From the human T2T-CHM13v2.0 reference genome, Homo sapiens: a DNA stretch of 64,000 bases. The position numbers and the translations under genes are program-made. Shown here piece after piece: positions 1 to 13,529 of this stretch. How positions within the stretch are numbered: the stretch's first letter is position 1; the number at the start of each line of letters is the position of its first letter. The DNA lies in assembly GCF_009914755.1 (NCBI RefSeq), contig NC_060936.1. One strand, given 5' to 3'. A model generated the notes under the pieces. The model did no database searches, had not been told where the DNA came from, and saw nothing but the letters and a program-made list of their open reading frames with translations.

Positions 1-139
1 CCCAAGCATTTCCCTTTGCCCTCTACTGAGGCTGACAGCTCTCTGCCCTGGCACCTCCTAGACTATGAGTGATTTAGGTTATGTCTCTTTGCAGTGCTGA
101 GCAGAGCACTTTATACATCATGAGGTCTGGATCCATGTG

Positions 140-141
<2 letters not shown>

Positions 142-171
<30 letters not shown>
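142..171. repeat. (TG)n microsatellite at an Alu tail
   Basis: Direct reading. Confidence 0.95.
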
Positions 172-483
<312 letters not shown>

Positions 484-557
484 TGATCTACTTGTAGCCA
501 AGTGGAAATGTTTCAGGCAAGTACTGAGTTCTTATTCGTCTTGTGTCTCCTCTGCAG

Positions 558-1412
558 CTGGAGCTCTCAAACACTGCTGTCCTGCACCAGATGCGGCGGG
601 ACCAGGTGACAGACACGTGCCGAGCCAACAGCGCCACAAGCCGTAAGCGGAGGGTGCTGACCCCCAACGACCTGAAGCACTTGGTGGTGGATGAGGACCA
701 CGAGCTCATCTACTGCTACGTGCCCAAGGTGGCCTGCACCAACTGGAAGCGGCTCATGATGGTCCTGACCGGGCGGGGGAAGTACAGCGACCCCATGGAG
801 ATCCCGGCCAACGAGGCACACGTCTCCGCCAACCTGAAGACCCTGAACCAGTACAGCATCCCAGAAATCAACCACCGCTTGAAAAGCTACATGAAGTTCC
901 TGTTTGTCCGGGAGCCCTTCGAGAGGCTAGTGTCCGCCTACCGCAACAAGTTCACCCAGAAGTACAACATCTCCTTCCACAAGCGGTACGGCACCAAGAT
1001 CATCAAACGCCAGCGGAAGAACGCCACCCAGGAGGCCCTGCGCAAAGGGGACGATGTCAAATTCGAGGAGTTTGTGGCCTATCTCATCGACCCACACACC
1101 CAGCGGGAGGAGCCTTTCAACGAACACTGGCAAACCGTCTACTCACTCTGCCATCCCTGCCACATCCACTATGACCTCGTGGGCAAGTACGAGACACTGG
1201 AAGAGGATTCTAATTACGTCCTGCAGCTGGCAGGAGTGGGCAGCTACCTGAAGTTCCCCACCTATGCAAAGTCTACGAGAACTACTGATGAAATGACCAC
1301 AGAATTCTTCCAGAACATCAGCTCAGAGCACCAAACGCAGCTGTACGAAGTCTACAAACTCGATTTTTTAATGTTCAATTACTCAGTGCCAAGCTACCTG
1401 AAATTGGAATAA
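558..1412 (+). CDS. CHST11: Carbohydrate sulfotransferase 11 (chondroitin 4-O-sulfotransferase 1), last coding exon
   Basis: Acceptor ttgtgtctcctctgcag ends at 557, phase 0. Translation [16 protein letters not shown]...SVPSYLKLE* contains the PAPS-binding motifs VPKVACTNW and [11 protein letters not shown] and four N-glycosylation sequons. I recognise it as CHST11. Confidence 0.98.
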   Translation: MELSNTAVLHQMRRDQVTDTCRANSATSRKRRVLTPNDLKHLVVDEDHELIYCYVPKVACTNWKRLMMVLTGRGKYSDPMEIPANEAHVSANLKTLNQYSIPEINHRLKSYMKFLFVREPFERLVSAYRNKFTQKYNISFHKRYGTKIIKRQRKNATQEALRKGDDVKFEEFVAYLIDPHTQREEPFNEHWQTVYSLCHPCHIHYDLVGKYETLEEDSNYVLQLAGVGSYLKFPTYAKSTRTTDEMTTEFFQNISSEHQTQLYEVYKLDFLMFNYSVPSYLKLE

Positions 1413-4400
1413 AGGGGGTGGGGAGAGGGAGAGAATCATGCTTTTTAATTTAAGATTTTTATTTGTCAAAAGAATTATATGGATATTGGGTTATTTTGTA
1501 AATTAATATTTCTTTGGGGATGATGCTGCGAGCAGCATAGTGAGAATTATTTAAAATCCTTCGTAGGGAAGGACAGCTGTCTTTGCAGGGGAAATAGGAT
1601 GGGTCGTCCTTGTCTGTAGAAGTGAATACTGCAACACTGTCTCAAAGGTTTCTTGTGTTCTGGTGAATTCCATGAATTGTGCATTCCATAAATTCTAATT
1701 AATATTATTTATAGTTATTTAAACATGGTCTCATTATTTCTTTTTGTGGCAGCAAAATTCTAACATCTTTCCAGAAGAAATCTATGATTCCTGCTTTGCT
1801 TGCTACAGCTCATTTGGGGGCATGAATGTTCTCCTTACTAACCTCTCATGGAGTCATGTGATAACAGCCATTGTCATGTGTATGGATGCCACCATTCTTG
1901 AATTTCTGCTAGAAATAAGTAGGTTGCTATTGCACTTAGAGTCATCTTTGCAAGGGACTCATTCCAAACCAATTCCAATCGACCTGAAAGTCCCTTGCAC
2001 TAAAGAAATGTGATTTTTTTTTAACCCAAGGAGAAAGTTGGTTGTAACAATTTTTCACCAGAATTAGCAATCTGATAGAATAGGCTTTTTTAACAGGAAT
2101 TTTAAACTGGCGGTGCCAGTTGCAGTGAAGGTGAAGTGGCTATTGCTTTATATTCGACAAATATTTATTGAGCATCTACTATATACTAGGCCCTGAAGAT
2201 AGAGCGTTGAACAAACCCAATAGTCTTGGCCCTCAAAAAGCTTTATGTGACATAGAGCATCCAGCTCGACAATTAGCAAACCCCTGATATTATTCATGGA
2301 CTTGACATGAGGTTTGGACTATTCATGAGCAACAGCAGAAGGTCCATGACCCCTACAAATTTACATTTTTCTATGGCCCATATTTGAAAACCTCACATTC
2401 GGAGCAGGCCACTTTATATTCGTGAGTGATCCCAAGCTCACTGACCAACAGAAAAGATGCTAAAAAAATGTGTCCTATCATGTGCCTGCTCCAACTGATG
2501 GGTAATGTCTGCCTTTAAGCCCCAGAATGGATTCTCCAGGCACAGTGTGGAAGAGTGCTGTGGTTGATTAGCAATGTCTGCCTTGGGTGAGGAAAGGGGA
2601 ACACTCCTCAAGTGCCTCCTACTGTCATCTCCATTCAGCCTAGCACCACATCCCCATGTAGAAGTGTTGTCTTCTACTGCTTGCCACGTACAAGTGTGAA
2701 ATGCCAAGGTGAGACTCGTACACTTGGGGATTTGCAATGGTTTTTACCCCTCATGAAGGTCAGAGGTGGACTATTTGTACACATACACACATGCACACCC
2801 TCTCACGTCCTCCAGAGGCTGAAAGACTATCAGCATCTTGGTAACTGCCATGCATGAGCAGCAAGGACAGCCTTCCATAATCCATGCCCCATTTCCTCTG
2901 GAAGCCTGGAAACTTTTCATTTCCTGTTCCTTGCTAATTAACATCTAAACATGCTTCTCATTTCCAGCCATTGCTGATGCTTCTCAGTTGAAGTTTGAGC
3001 CACATCCCTCTTACAGCTAGTGAATGAGTTGGTAGCAGCTACTGTATATAATAATAATAATAGTTTTAATAATAGGGGAGGGTGGGATGGGGTGTGGGTA
3101 AGTTTTGCCTTTTGTTTTGTTTTTGATGCCGTATATAGTGAAGGGGTGAGGATATTCTAAACAAACAAAAATTGAATAATTTATTCACAGAAACTATTAA
3201 GATTGTATTGTAAAGCTCACAGCAAGCTCAGTGGGTAGCAGCTGCAACATCTCACCGGGGAAATTATTTTATTTAACGTGAGTGAGATGTGGGCCGGAGA
3301 AGGTAGCTGAAGCTATTTATAAAACGTTGTGTACCTTCTTCCGAGCTCTCTCCCCTTTGTGAAGGGCGCAGCAACTATACCCTTGATGGATGGAGATTTA
3401 CGCAATGTGTTTTACTGGGTAGAGTGACAGACCTTGGCTGTCCCTGGAATTGAGAATCTGGACCTTATTTCCAGGCAGAGAACACTGTCCTCAGAAATGG
3501 GACTTCTGATAATGAAACAGGTTGTCCAACATTTTCTAATACGCATTCTACAGAACACAGGTTCCAGGAGGCATCAGGTTGGTGTGATGCAGACTAAGGG
3601 TTTTGTGGTCAAATATCCTTAAGAAACAAAGTTAAGTCAGTTTCCTTTCTGCAAGGACTTTTCAGCCTTCAATGTGTGCTGTGCATGGTGAATCCCCAAA
3701 AATAATCCTTGAGTCTGTAGCATTTCCTGAACTTACATGACCAGGATACTCTATTTTGCAGATCACCCCACAGAGCTAGGGTTCCACCGAGTATACTTTG
3801 CTTAGGTTGACTTAGCATATCTGAGGTCTTCAAGGATAAAAACTGCCACCCCAACACCCTTCCATTAAAAAAAAAATACAAAATAGCACCACAGTCTCCA
3901 TCTGGTTTATAGCAACAGAGGTACTTTATTTAATGAAGCAATGGTTCTAATCCTGGATACTGCCACGGACTACAATTCTATCCCTCCCAGAGGGAGTGGA
4001 GGAAGTCTTGGGTGGTGTGGACAGAAGGAAGAGAGGAGAGGGTGAGTGGGGTATAGGGCCCAGGGTGGCTCCCTACTCCTCAGGCTCAAAAGGATGCTCA
4101 GTGGGAACAGATGATCTCTTGATGAGTGCTTCTTCAGTTTCATAGTTTGGAATCGTTCACTGTGTGCTTTTTGGGGGGTTTTCAATGGAAATTCACGTTG
4201 CTTTGCATTTCTGTGTCCGTCTTTGGTCAGTTGTGCAAGCCTGCTCACTGTCATGTGAAGATGGCCTTTCATCTGGCTTCTCTCTCTTAAGTGAGAAAGA
4301 TTGTCCTTCAGGGGACATGACATCAATAGGTTTCTGGAATGAGGGACTCTTTCTCCCCGTGTTTTGCTTTGTGTTCACATTTTCTTTTCTAATGGCATTG

Positions 4401-5071
4401 AAACTTTAAAAAAAATGGATTCAACTGTTTTTGCAGAATGTAGAAAGTATTCTGTGTCCTTGGTTAAAGAAATCCACTTGTGAAGTGTGCCTGGAAAATG
4501 AAAGTTTGTGTTTTTTAAAGAGGAATATTTGAAACTGCTTTCTATGCATGCTTAGCTGGAGAAAAGTACAGGCAGGCGTCCCATCTCCCAGCCACTTCTC
4601 AAAGGTGCTGCTGTGTTTTAAAGACCAGGTACAGCCAGGGCAGTATTTGCAAGGACATTCCTGCTTACTTTATCCCTTTGGTTGGAAAGCTCTAGATGAT
4701 TCCCGCAGCTCCTCCAGACCCCGCCTCCCTGCCCTCCCCAGCTGGTCTGGGAAGAGGTGGTCTGCTGACCTGTGGTATCTCAGAGGGGACGTTCCTCCTC
4801 CTCCCTGTGCACCAGGTGGGCTGCACCCTCCTGCCTATTCAGGATGTGGATGCCACAGGAGAGCAGCAGGCAGTGGAAACTTCAGTTGCACTGGTTCTCC
4901 TGGTGGCAAAGGCATGAAGCACAGGGGTCGATTAATCCAGGCTACTAGAAAGCTCCAGAGCAAAGTGTGCGGGTCCCACAAATGCTTGGCTGGTGGGGTC
5001 TGGATCAGTGCTGAGATAGAGTTGGCAGAAGAAGCAGAGGCACTCTGCTTGCTTTCCTAGCCAGTCCTCCC

Positions 5072-5074
<3 letters not shown>

Positions 5075-5112
<38 letters not shown>
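5075..5112. repeat. (CA)n microsatellite in the CHST11 3'UTR
   Basis: About 19 CA units. Confidence 0.95.
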
Positions 5113-5115
<3 letters not shown>

Positions 5116-5604
5116 TCAGCTGCGCCATTCTGTGCAATCCCAGTGACCAAATCCCTTCCTTGCCCACCTCTATGTCAGCAGGACTGACCACATCACTCCC
5201 CCGAGTTCCCACCACCAGCATTTCCTCCAACCTTTTTCCATCACAACCAGTTAGAACCCTACAGGCAACAAGGCCTTCTAGAATCCGCTTAACCCTTGGC
5301 TGATAACAGGCAAATTTCAGTCTGCTACACTTTGTTAGGTCCAGAAGGAGCTGCCCATACTACTTTCTTATGAGCATGCTCAGTATGGCATATGGACATG
5401 TAATGTCACATCTTTGTGGAGTGTGATTTTCTTTTTTCACATATTTGTATGCAGTAGAGAGCCTGTTGTAGAAAACGCTCCCTGTATCTTGCTGTACTGT
5501 TAAAGAAAGCTGAATTCCACATTGCCAACAAAAGCGTGAAAATGTTCATGAACCTTCCTCCAGGAAAAGCCATTCAAGCCTGATTATTTTTCTAAGTAAC
5601 TTCA

Positions 5605-5610
5605 ATTAAA
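5605..5610 (+). terminator. Polyadenylation signal of CHST11 (ATTAAA)
   Basis: ATTAAA followed by the GU/U-rich downstream element tttctgtgtatggtttg. Confidence 0.7.
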
Positions 5611-6144
5611 TTGAAGAAAAAAGAAGCTGCTTTCTGTGTATGGTTTGCTCATGGCTCATTAACAAAAGACTGTAGGGGTGGGGTGGGCCGTGGACCTTAG
5701 CATGCGGGGGGCCCTGCTCATGTGTATCAAAGGATGGAGATGCAGGCTTCGTTGGAAGACTCAGCCCTGGTAAAAACCGCCATAGATCCAAATTCTTTCT
5801 GTTCATCGGGTGAATGGAAGCTTTTCTTCTTTCCATTTTTTCTATAAAGTCTTTGTAGACTAATGCATTAGAAGGTGCACTGTGATCACACAGTTCCACC
5901 ACTCGTGTGAAAAGGCATGAAGGCTGTCAGTAAATGGCTTTGGTGGCAGAGCCAGTATTCAAGCCCAGGTTGATGTGCCTTCAGAACTCCATGTTTTTGG
6001 CACTGAATGACATGCCTCTCTAAATGGCCATCCATGGTGCCACTGCTAGGAAGTTGCAAGCCTGCACTTCAAGTCCCAGTTTTTCAATTCCAAATCCAAT
6101 CCTGTTCTGATTCCCCACATAGCTTATTTCGGCTCTATGGATGA

Positions 6145-6455
<311 letters not shown>

Positions 6456-6559
6456 GCATCTTTTAGCTTTATTGGTAAAAATGATTTCTGTATATTTTTC
6501 CAAAGAAGAAATTATACTCAATGTTGTTTCTGTTTTTCATTGTATTCTAATTTAATTTT

Positions 6560-6712
6560 CTTTTAAGAGACAAGGTCTCACTCTGTCACCCAGGCTGGAG
6601 TGCAGTGGCACGATCGTAACTCACTGCAGCCTTGACCTGGGTGCAAGCGATCTCCCGGCACAGCCTCCAAAATACCCAAGGATTATAGGCGTGTGCCACC
6701 ATGCCCGGCTAA
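6560..6712 (-). mobile_element. Alu monomer (old right arm / FRAM-like)
   Basis: Alu right-arm sequence only. Confidence 0.8.
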
Positions 6713-7419
6713 CCAATTTCTTTAAACATAACATCTAAACATTTTTAACATTACAATATTGGGTGAGAAAATAGATCCCGTTTTCAACCATGCTAGATAT
6801 GGTTTCTAATCACCAGCTGGCTTTCCCCACTGGTAGCTGGTGCCCACCCATGGGCATGATATCCAAAAAGACCAGGAACCATTGGCTAAGAATACATTTG
6901 GCCAAGAATACATTGCTAGTGTCATCACTGTCCTTGCTATGGTCCCATCTGGTTGGGAAATGCCCAGACCACAGAGCTTAGTCATCTTAGATTCATAGAA
7001 AACATACATCCTTTTTCATCAGTGAATGGATGTGACTTTGCGATAGCCTGTCTCTGTCTCATTTGGAACATTGTAAATGTCAGTGGGAAGCAAAGCTAGA
7101 CGAGGTCATCTCTAGCCTGTTTGCTCCCCTTGGAGTGACACTGACATGCTTTCTTGCCAGCTAATCGGGAGGTGTTTCTGATGGTGCCCCAGGTGCCCTA
7201 TGTCTGACCTGCAGAAGCTGCAGAACCTGAGGAGCCTGTGGCCCAGAACATTGCCTGGGCCAGGTCAGGGTAAGGTAATTATTGATCCCCCAAGTGGACA
7301 AAAATAGGATGAGGCAGAATCAGTAGTGTAAGATGTAAAGTACTCTTTCTCGGGAAGAGCTCCCTTTTCTCAAGTTACGTCTTTCCTACATTTTTGGTAT
7401 TAGAATATCTTTTTTTGTT

Positions 7420-7752
<333 letters not shown>

Positions 7753-8333
7753 CTTTTACAATAATAGATGTTAATTGATACTAGGACATAAAATATTGGT
7801 AACTTAGTGTCAGCCCCCAATGTCATCTTAAACATTTTCTGAAAAAGTCATGATATCCAAAAAGACCAGGAACCACTGGTCAAGAATACATCTGAGGCAC
7901 GAAGTGATGGGAGAGAAACCTCAGGGCTTGGTGGACAGAACTCTGTGGAAATCCCTTCTGAAGCACAGTCCTGAGTGCCCCACAGCTGGACACCACAATG
8001 TGGCCAGTGGCTATGGCCTCTGGGTTCTGGGGTGACTTACAAGAAGCTGAACACTGGGCTAGCTACATTCACTGTAGATAAAGTTTATCAGACATCTTGG
8101 GTCTGGGGTGATGAATATGTCTGGTGTAATAGGAAAAAGGAACATTCTAGCAAGGCTGATATGAGAAAAACAACCACCTTTTCCCTATTTCACAATCTTC
8201 ACCAGCACCCGCCTCTTCCCCAAATTGTAAGAACCCACAGGTGGAGAAAACAGCCAGAGGTTGTGAGTGGAGGCAGCCTGCTGGTTCCAAATGCGTTGCT
8301 GGCTGAGAACCATTCCCAAACAAACTCCCGTAG

Positions 8334-8435
8334 TCACTTCCTCTTTGAAATAGGGAAAACAATAATATCTGGATTGTGCCACGACTGAAAACCCTTTCCT
8401 AGCTGCAGTTCATCCACCAAGGAGCTGTCTGCAAC
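8334..8435 (-). pseudogene. Pseudo-exon S (possible terminal exon, phase 0)
   Basis: acctgtag | VADSSLVDELQLGKGFQSWHNPDIIVFPISKRK*. Confidence 0.4.
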
Positions 8436-8991
8436 CTACAGGTAATTACTTCCTATGCAGGGAGGGGACTTACATTTCCTCATCTGCGGAACAAAAGAAT
8501 TGAGCTATATCTGTGGTTTTCAATGCGGTTTTTAAAAATGAGCCTCTTAAAAATTTTTGCATTCTGAACACTCATATGTAAAACAGATGAGGCAGAGATG
8601 CTGTGATTGAATGGTTTGAGGCCCAGCTCTGCCTTTTTCCCATAAAGTCCCTGTAAACCATCACGGGCCATAGGGTTCTAAGGAAAACAGTTTGAGAAGC
8701 AGTAAGTTACGTGACCTCTGAGCCTTTCCTGTTTGACTAATGATCTACCTGAATCCTCCTCTGTGGCTTCTGCTGCTTTATGCCTAAGAGATTGACCAGT
8801 TAGATGGTACCACGCAGGTAAAAACTGCTTTGAGAAGGGAGTTAAGGGGATGGCGTTAGACAGAGATTAAGATGCAACAATAGAAATTATTTAAAAAAAA
8901 AAAACGTAAAAGCTGATGCAGCAAAGAAATAGCTCATAGCTAGATTCAAGATGGGAACCGAAATTTACACTCCTCTTTCCAAATGCTCTAC

Positions 8992-9048
8992 CATGGAAAC
9001 ACAGGCTCCACCTTTGTACAAAACCCTATTAATTTGAAATACAAGAGA
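8992..9048 (-). pseudogene. Pseudo-exon R (phase 0->0)
   Basis: tgtttttcattccag | SLVFQINRVLYKGGACVSM | gtagag. Confidence 0.45.
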
Positions 9049-9057
9049 CTGGAATGA

Positions 9058-9425
<368 letters not shown>

Positions 9426-9915
9426 CCAAGTTTGTTTTTAAAAATAATAGAGCATCTCATTATGGGAGAAGAGTAAGGGCTTTGGATTTCACGTTGGTTT
9501 GGACAAGCCAGCAGCAGCTAGAGAAGATTATTTTGTGGCTAGGACCAGCCTTGGGCTTTATCTGATAGATCAAGCCAGAAACAACTTTGTGCCCGGAACC
9601 AAACTGGCAAAAGGATAGAGAAAAAAAATGCCTAAAGAAGAGATGAAGGAAGAAGGAACTCTGACTATAGAAATTATACCTTTATGCTGAGCTTCTTTGC
9701 ACAGTGAACACAAACTCAACTGTGGGTGCCTTGGAAATGTTTGCTTTTAATGTGCTCTTTTCCAAATTCTATCTTTTCATAGGGAAAGCTGACCATAAAG
9801 GTAGCTAACTTTTATTAACTATTAGTTTATTATATGCCACACAGTGTGTTACATGCTTTCAATTTAATCCTCACAAACAACAAACAAGGTAGATACTGGG
9901 ACCCTTTTTACAGAT

Positions 9916-10266
9916 TGATATGGTTTGGCTGTGTCCCCACCCAAATATCATCTTGAATTGTAGCTCCCATAATTCCCACATGTTGTGGGAGGGACCTGGT
10001 GGGAGATCACTGAATCACGGGGGCAGTTTCCCACATACCGTTCTCATGTTAGTGAATAAGTCTCACGAGATCTGATGGTTTTTAGGAAGTTTCCCCTTTC
10101 ACATGGCTCTCATTCTCTCTTGCCTGCCACCATGTAAGATGTCCCTTTGCCCATAATTGTGAGGCCTCCCCAGCCATGTAGAACTGGGTCCATCAAACCT
10201 CTTTCCTTTATAAATTACCCAGTCTTGGGTATGTCTTTATTAGCAGCATGAGAATGGACTAATATA
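9916..10266 (+). mobile_element. THE1-type MaLR solo LTR inserted in a MIR
   Basis: TGATATGGTTTGGCTGTGTCCCCACCCAAAT...GGACTAATATA; imperfect 5-bp TSD cagat/cacat. Confidence 0.9.
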
Positions 10267-10581
10267 CACATAAAGATGCAGAAAATTAGAATAAATAACT
10301 TGCCTCAAGTTACCCAGAATTCAGATCCAGGTCTGGTTGACTCTCCAGCCCACTAAAATTGGGCGTTATTGGTGGACCAAGAGTGGAGGAGGCCAGAAGT
10401 CTAAACCTGGAAGCCAATGGTGCTACAAAGAGACATGGATAGAGATGAAAACTTTAGCCCAGTTGGCAAAAGCTTGGAAAACCTACTGGACTGATGAACA
10501 TCAAATTTGGACAAACTGTTTAGAAAGCTTGGACTTCCAATAAAAGCCAATGAATGGCAAAGTGAAATTCAAATCAGGGTC

Positions 10582-10813
10582 TCAGAGGGAGCTGTGAGAC
10601 TGCTGAATGGAAAGAACAAGCCATAAGTATTCTGATGCTCTAACAGAACAAGCCAGCCTAAGGTTCCAACATAGCCCCAAATCAAGTTCCAAGGGCAGCC
10701 ATTCAGGGTAAAGGTTGTGTTCAAGCAGCTGTACACACAGCAACACTGCCATGCAATGCACTTGGGCAAGCAGCAGTGGGACTGGAGTCATTTGGCCCAA
10801 ATGAAGGACATTT
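10582..10813 (-). pseudogene. Pseudo-exon Q (acceptor decayed, 3' end unknown)
   Basis: A ~45-nt pyrimidine tract ending tgg instead of tag, then the open frame NVLHLGQMTPVPLLLAQVHCMAVLLCVQLLEHNLYPEWLPLELDL... Confidence 0.4.
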
Positions 10814-11639
10814 CCAAGCAGAACAGAAAGGCAGACAAAAATAGGGTAAGAGAAAGAGACTCCATGGCAGGTGGGAGTGTCTTAGGGCACCTTTGGATGT
10901 CTCTTCTACAGAGTTCCCTCTGCGTGGTAGCACCCTGCACACAGCCCTAGGCCTTACTCTGTAAGCTGAGAGCTCTGAGCTTCCCCAACTTCCCCTCCTC
11001 CATCTCAGCCCCAGGGACCTGCAGCTGTCAAGAGATACATTCATTCCTTCATCTGTGCAAACATATATTAAGCATCTGCCTATGTCAGCCCCTGTGCAAG
11101 ATGCCAAGAATATGCGAATTCTTAAGATTCATAAGTGGACAACATAGAAATGTTAACGGGTAGTTATGGGATAGTTGACACATGCATGAAGACAAAACAC
11201 CAAATTCCCCTTGGGAAAGAAGTGATGCAAGTCAGTAGCTAGAGAGATGGAGAAAAGTTGAGGGTTTGGAACAGTGGCTCCCAACCAGGAATGATTTTGC
11301 CTTCCTATGGATAGATCCCCACAACAAAAACTTGCTCAGTTCACAATGTCAGTAATGCTGAGACTGGAAAGCCCTACATTGGAGAAATATTAATTTGGGA
11401 TAGAACCTATGTCTTTTAGTAACTGAATGGAAATGTAGGTGAGGAAGAGGGAAATAAGAAGGGAAGGAGGATTGCCACGAATTGAGTTTGAGCAACCATA
11501 GCTGGATAGTGGGGCCATTATTGGAGATCAGTTAATTAGGAGCAGAAACAGGTTTTGGGGAAGGCTCTCAGTTAACTATGAGACATGCTGAATTAAGGTT
11601 CAGGTAAAACATCCAGGAGAAGTTGGAGTGGTTCTAGAG

Positions 11640-11793
11640 CCTTACTACTCAAAGTGTGATTTGTAGACCAGCAACATGGAAATTACCTGGGAGCTTGCTA
11701 GAAACCCAGTGTTTCAGGCCCCACACCAGCCTTCCTGCATTTTAGCAATCTCCCCAGGTGATTCACATGCTTCACATTTGAGAAGCCCCTGTC
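11640..11793. mobile_element. MER5A-like hAT-Charlie MITE
   Basis: ctcaaagtgtg...accagca...cctgggagcttg...caggtgattc...tttgagaa. Confidence 0.75.
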
Positions 11794-12104
11794 TAAGCAC
11801 AAGAGAGAGCCTGAGGAGAAGCTGTGGCTTTGGGAGATGGGGTCATGTTTCATTACTGTTTACTCTTCCAGCAACCCTGAGATGTGTATGATCAGGTCCA
11901 CTGTGTCTGGTTGTGCAGGCTGTGCACTGCACAAAGGTAGGCCCAAGATGGGGTTGACATTTGTCATTTACTCTGAAGGACTGGATGCCTTTTTCTTACC
12001 CCACTTGCCAAGTTATGGGCCCAAAAGCTGTACCCACCCAGAAAATGAATTGTCAAATTTGCACAAAAGCTCTGTGACTTAGCAGTGGCCCAAATATAAT
12101 GATT

Positions 12105-12428
12105 TCACATCCCTTTATCTGCAGTTCTGAAATCCACAAAACTCTGAAAACGAAATGTTTTTTCATAGATTTGCAGCAAGCTCACTTGGCAGAGAAACCT
12201 GACCTTAGCTAGCATGAGACTAATTATAGTCTTTATTTATCCCACTTACTGTGAATATTCATGCATTTTCCTGCAGAAATATTCATGTGTTTTATGATGG
12301 GAGTTCAGCCCCATATTCTACTGGGGTATTAAGAAATACATGATATTTGCACAGTATTTGGGGTGGGGGGAATTATTAATTCTTAAACACATCTGATCCA
12401 AGGGTTTCAGATAAAATTGTGAATTTGT
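12105..12428. mobile_element. MER46/Tigger-type DNA element
   Basis: atccctttatctgcagttctgaaatcc...gtttcagataaa terminal motifs. Confidence 0.65.
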
Positions 12429-12731
12429 ACTACCCCAATTTTACAAATGGATCAACTGAGGCTCAGAGAGGTTAAGTCACTGCAAAACTAGTATATGAGA
12501 GAGCTAGGGTTCATTCAGACCCCATGCTCCTTTGGCATGACACTTGCTCCAAGAGGATTATTAATGAGCTAGACACTGCTCAATTAACAGTCCAGGCCTT
12601 TTTTTTTTTTTTTTTTTTTACAAGCCATGTGGATTTTCAGACAGAAACACAGGTAAGGGGCACAAGGAGCATAAAATAGAATAATCTGCTTTTTGTGTGG
12701 GTCTGCCATAGCAGAATGCTAACTCTGACAC

Positions 12732-12854
12732 CTGAGCTGTATTTTTCCAAACAAGCCTCTGCGTGTTCTGACAGCATTCAGCCCAAAGCCAGGCACCCCT
12801 GTGCTGCAAGCATCCATCAACTTCAGCCTCACTGGCAGACATAGAGAATCCCAG
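12732..12854 (-). pseudogene. Pseudo-exon P (phase 0->0)
   Basis: ctttcattcttttataatatag | LGFSMSASEAEVDGCLQHRGAWLWAECCQNTQRLVWKNTAQ | gtgtca (weak donor). Open frame. Confidence 0.55.
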
Positions 12855-12967
12855 CTATATTATAAAAGAATGAAAGCAGGCGAATTCTCTTGTTAGATCT
12901 GTGATTGAGATGAGGCGAACTACAGCAAAACAGCAGGATGATCTTCTGTTGTACTATTCTTATTCAC

Positions 12968-13140
12968 CAGAGACACAAGTCTCCATCAGCGGCAGCAGGA
13001 TCCAAATGCCAATTCCTTCTTTAAAAGACATTTGCGTGCTTTGGAGAACAATGCCTGTCATTGCTTCAGAACCAAGAGTTGCTCCCGTTTCCCTGCTCCA
13101 TCAGGAAAGAATAGGCTTTATTCTTCTTCCAGAAATAAAC
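12968..13140 (-). pseudogene. Pseudo-exon O (phase 1->0)
   Basis: gctgtag | LFLEEE*SLFFPDGAGKREQLLVLKQ*QALFSKARKCLLKKELAFGSCCR*WRLVSL | gtgaat. 113-nt intron to exon P. Confidence 0.5.
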
Positions 13141-13529
13141 CTACAGCTATAAATTATTAGCCAGATGAGAGTCAATGTACCTTCCTCTTTGAGATGTTGC
13201 AAACTCTAAAATTATATTCATGTGATATACCCACGTCTATAGTCTTCCCTTTTGAGCTTACATCTTGGGGTGTTGCCATGAGGTGAATGTTGGAAATTTG
13301 GTATCTTGGCACCAAAATCAAGGATTATTCATTATTCATTTAAATGAATTTAAGCTTTCCTTAAAATATTTGTATGTAAAAAAGACCCTTTATTTAAATA
13401 TATTCCACTGAATATTGAACTCAAAATCATTTTTGTGATCCATTTCTGATTCTTTCCATCGTTTATACATGAATTACATATTTATATGTATGTATCACTT
13501 TAGATTATTCTATATACACATTCCTATAT

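Larger units (their letters stand above)
1413..5625 (+). other. CHST11: CHST11 3'UTR (~4.2 kb)
   Basis: Nearly repeat-free sequence from the stop to ATTAAA at 5605-5610; Alus resume after 6150. Confidence 0.8.

Noticed and set aside
543-557. ORF-track start (GTG) for the 289-aa ORF
   Set aside because: It lies in the intron acceptor; the exon begins at 558 and the true start is in upstream exons.
4548-5060. 170-aa ORF in the CHST11 3'UTR
   Set aside because: GC-rich UTR stretch with no recognisable motif or splice context.
8468-8700. Exon-like segment and 10-nt micro-exon on the minus strand
   Set aside because: Mostly a hAT-Charlie-like element with terminal inverted motifs; does not fit the phase chain.
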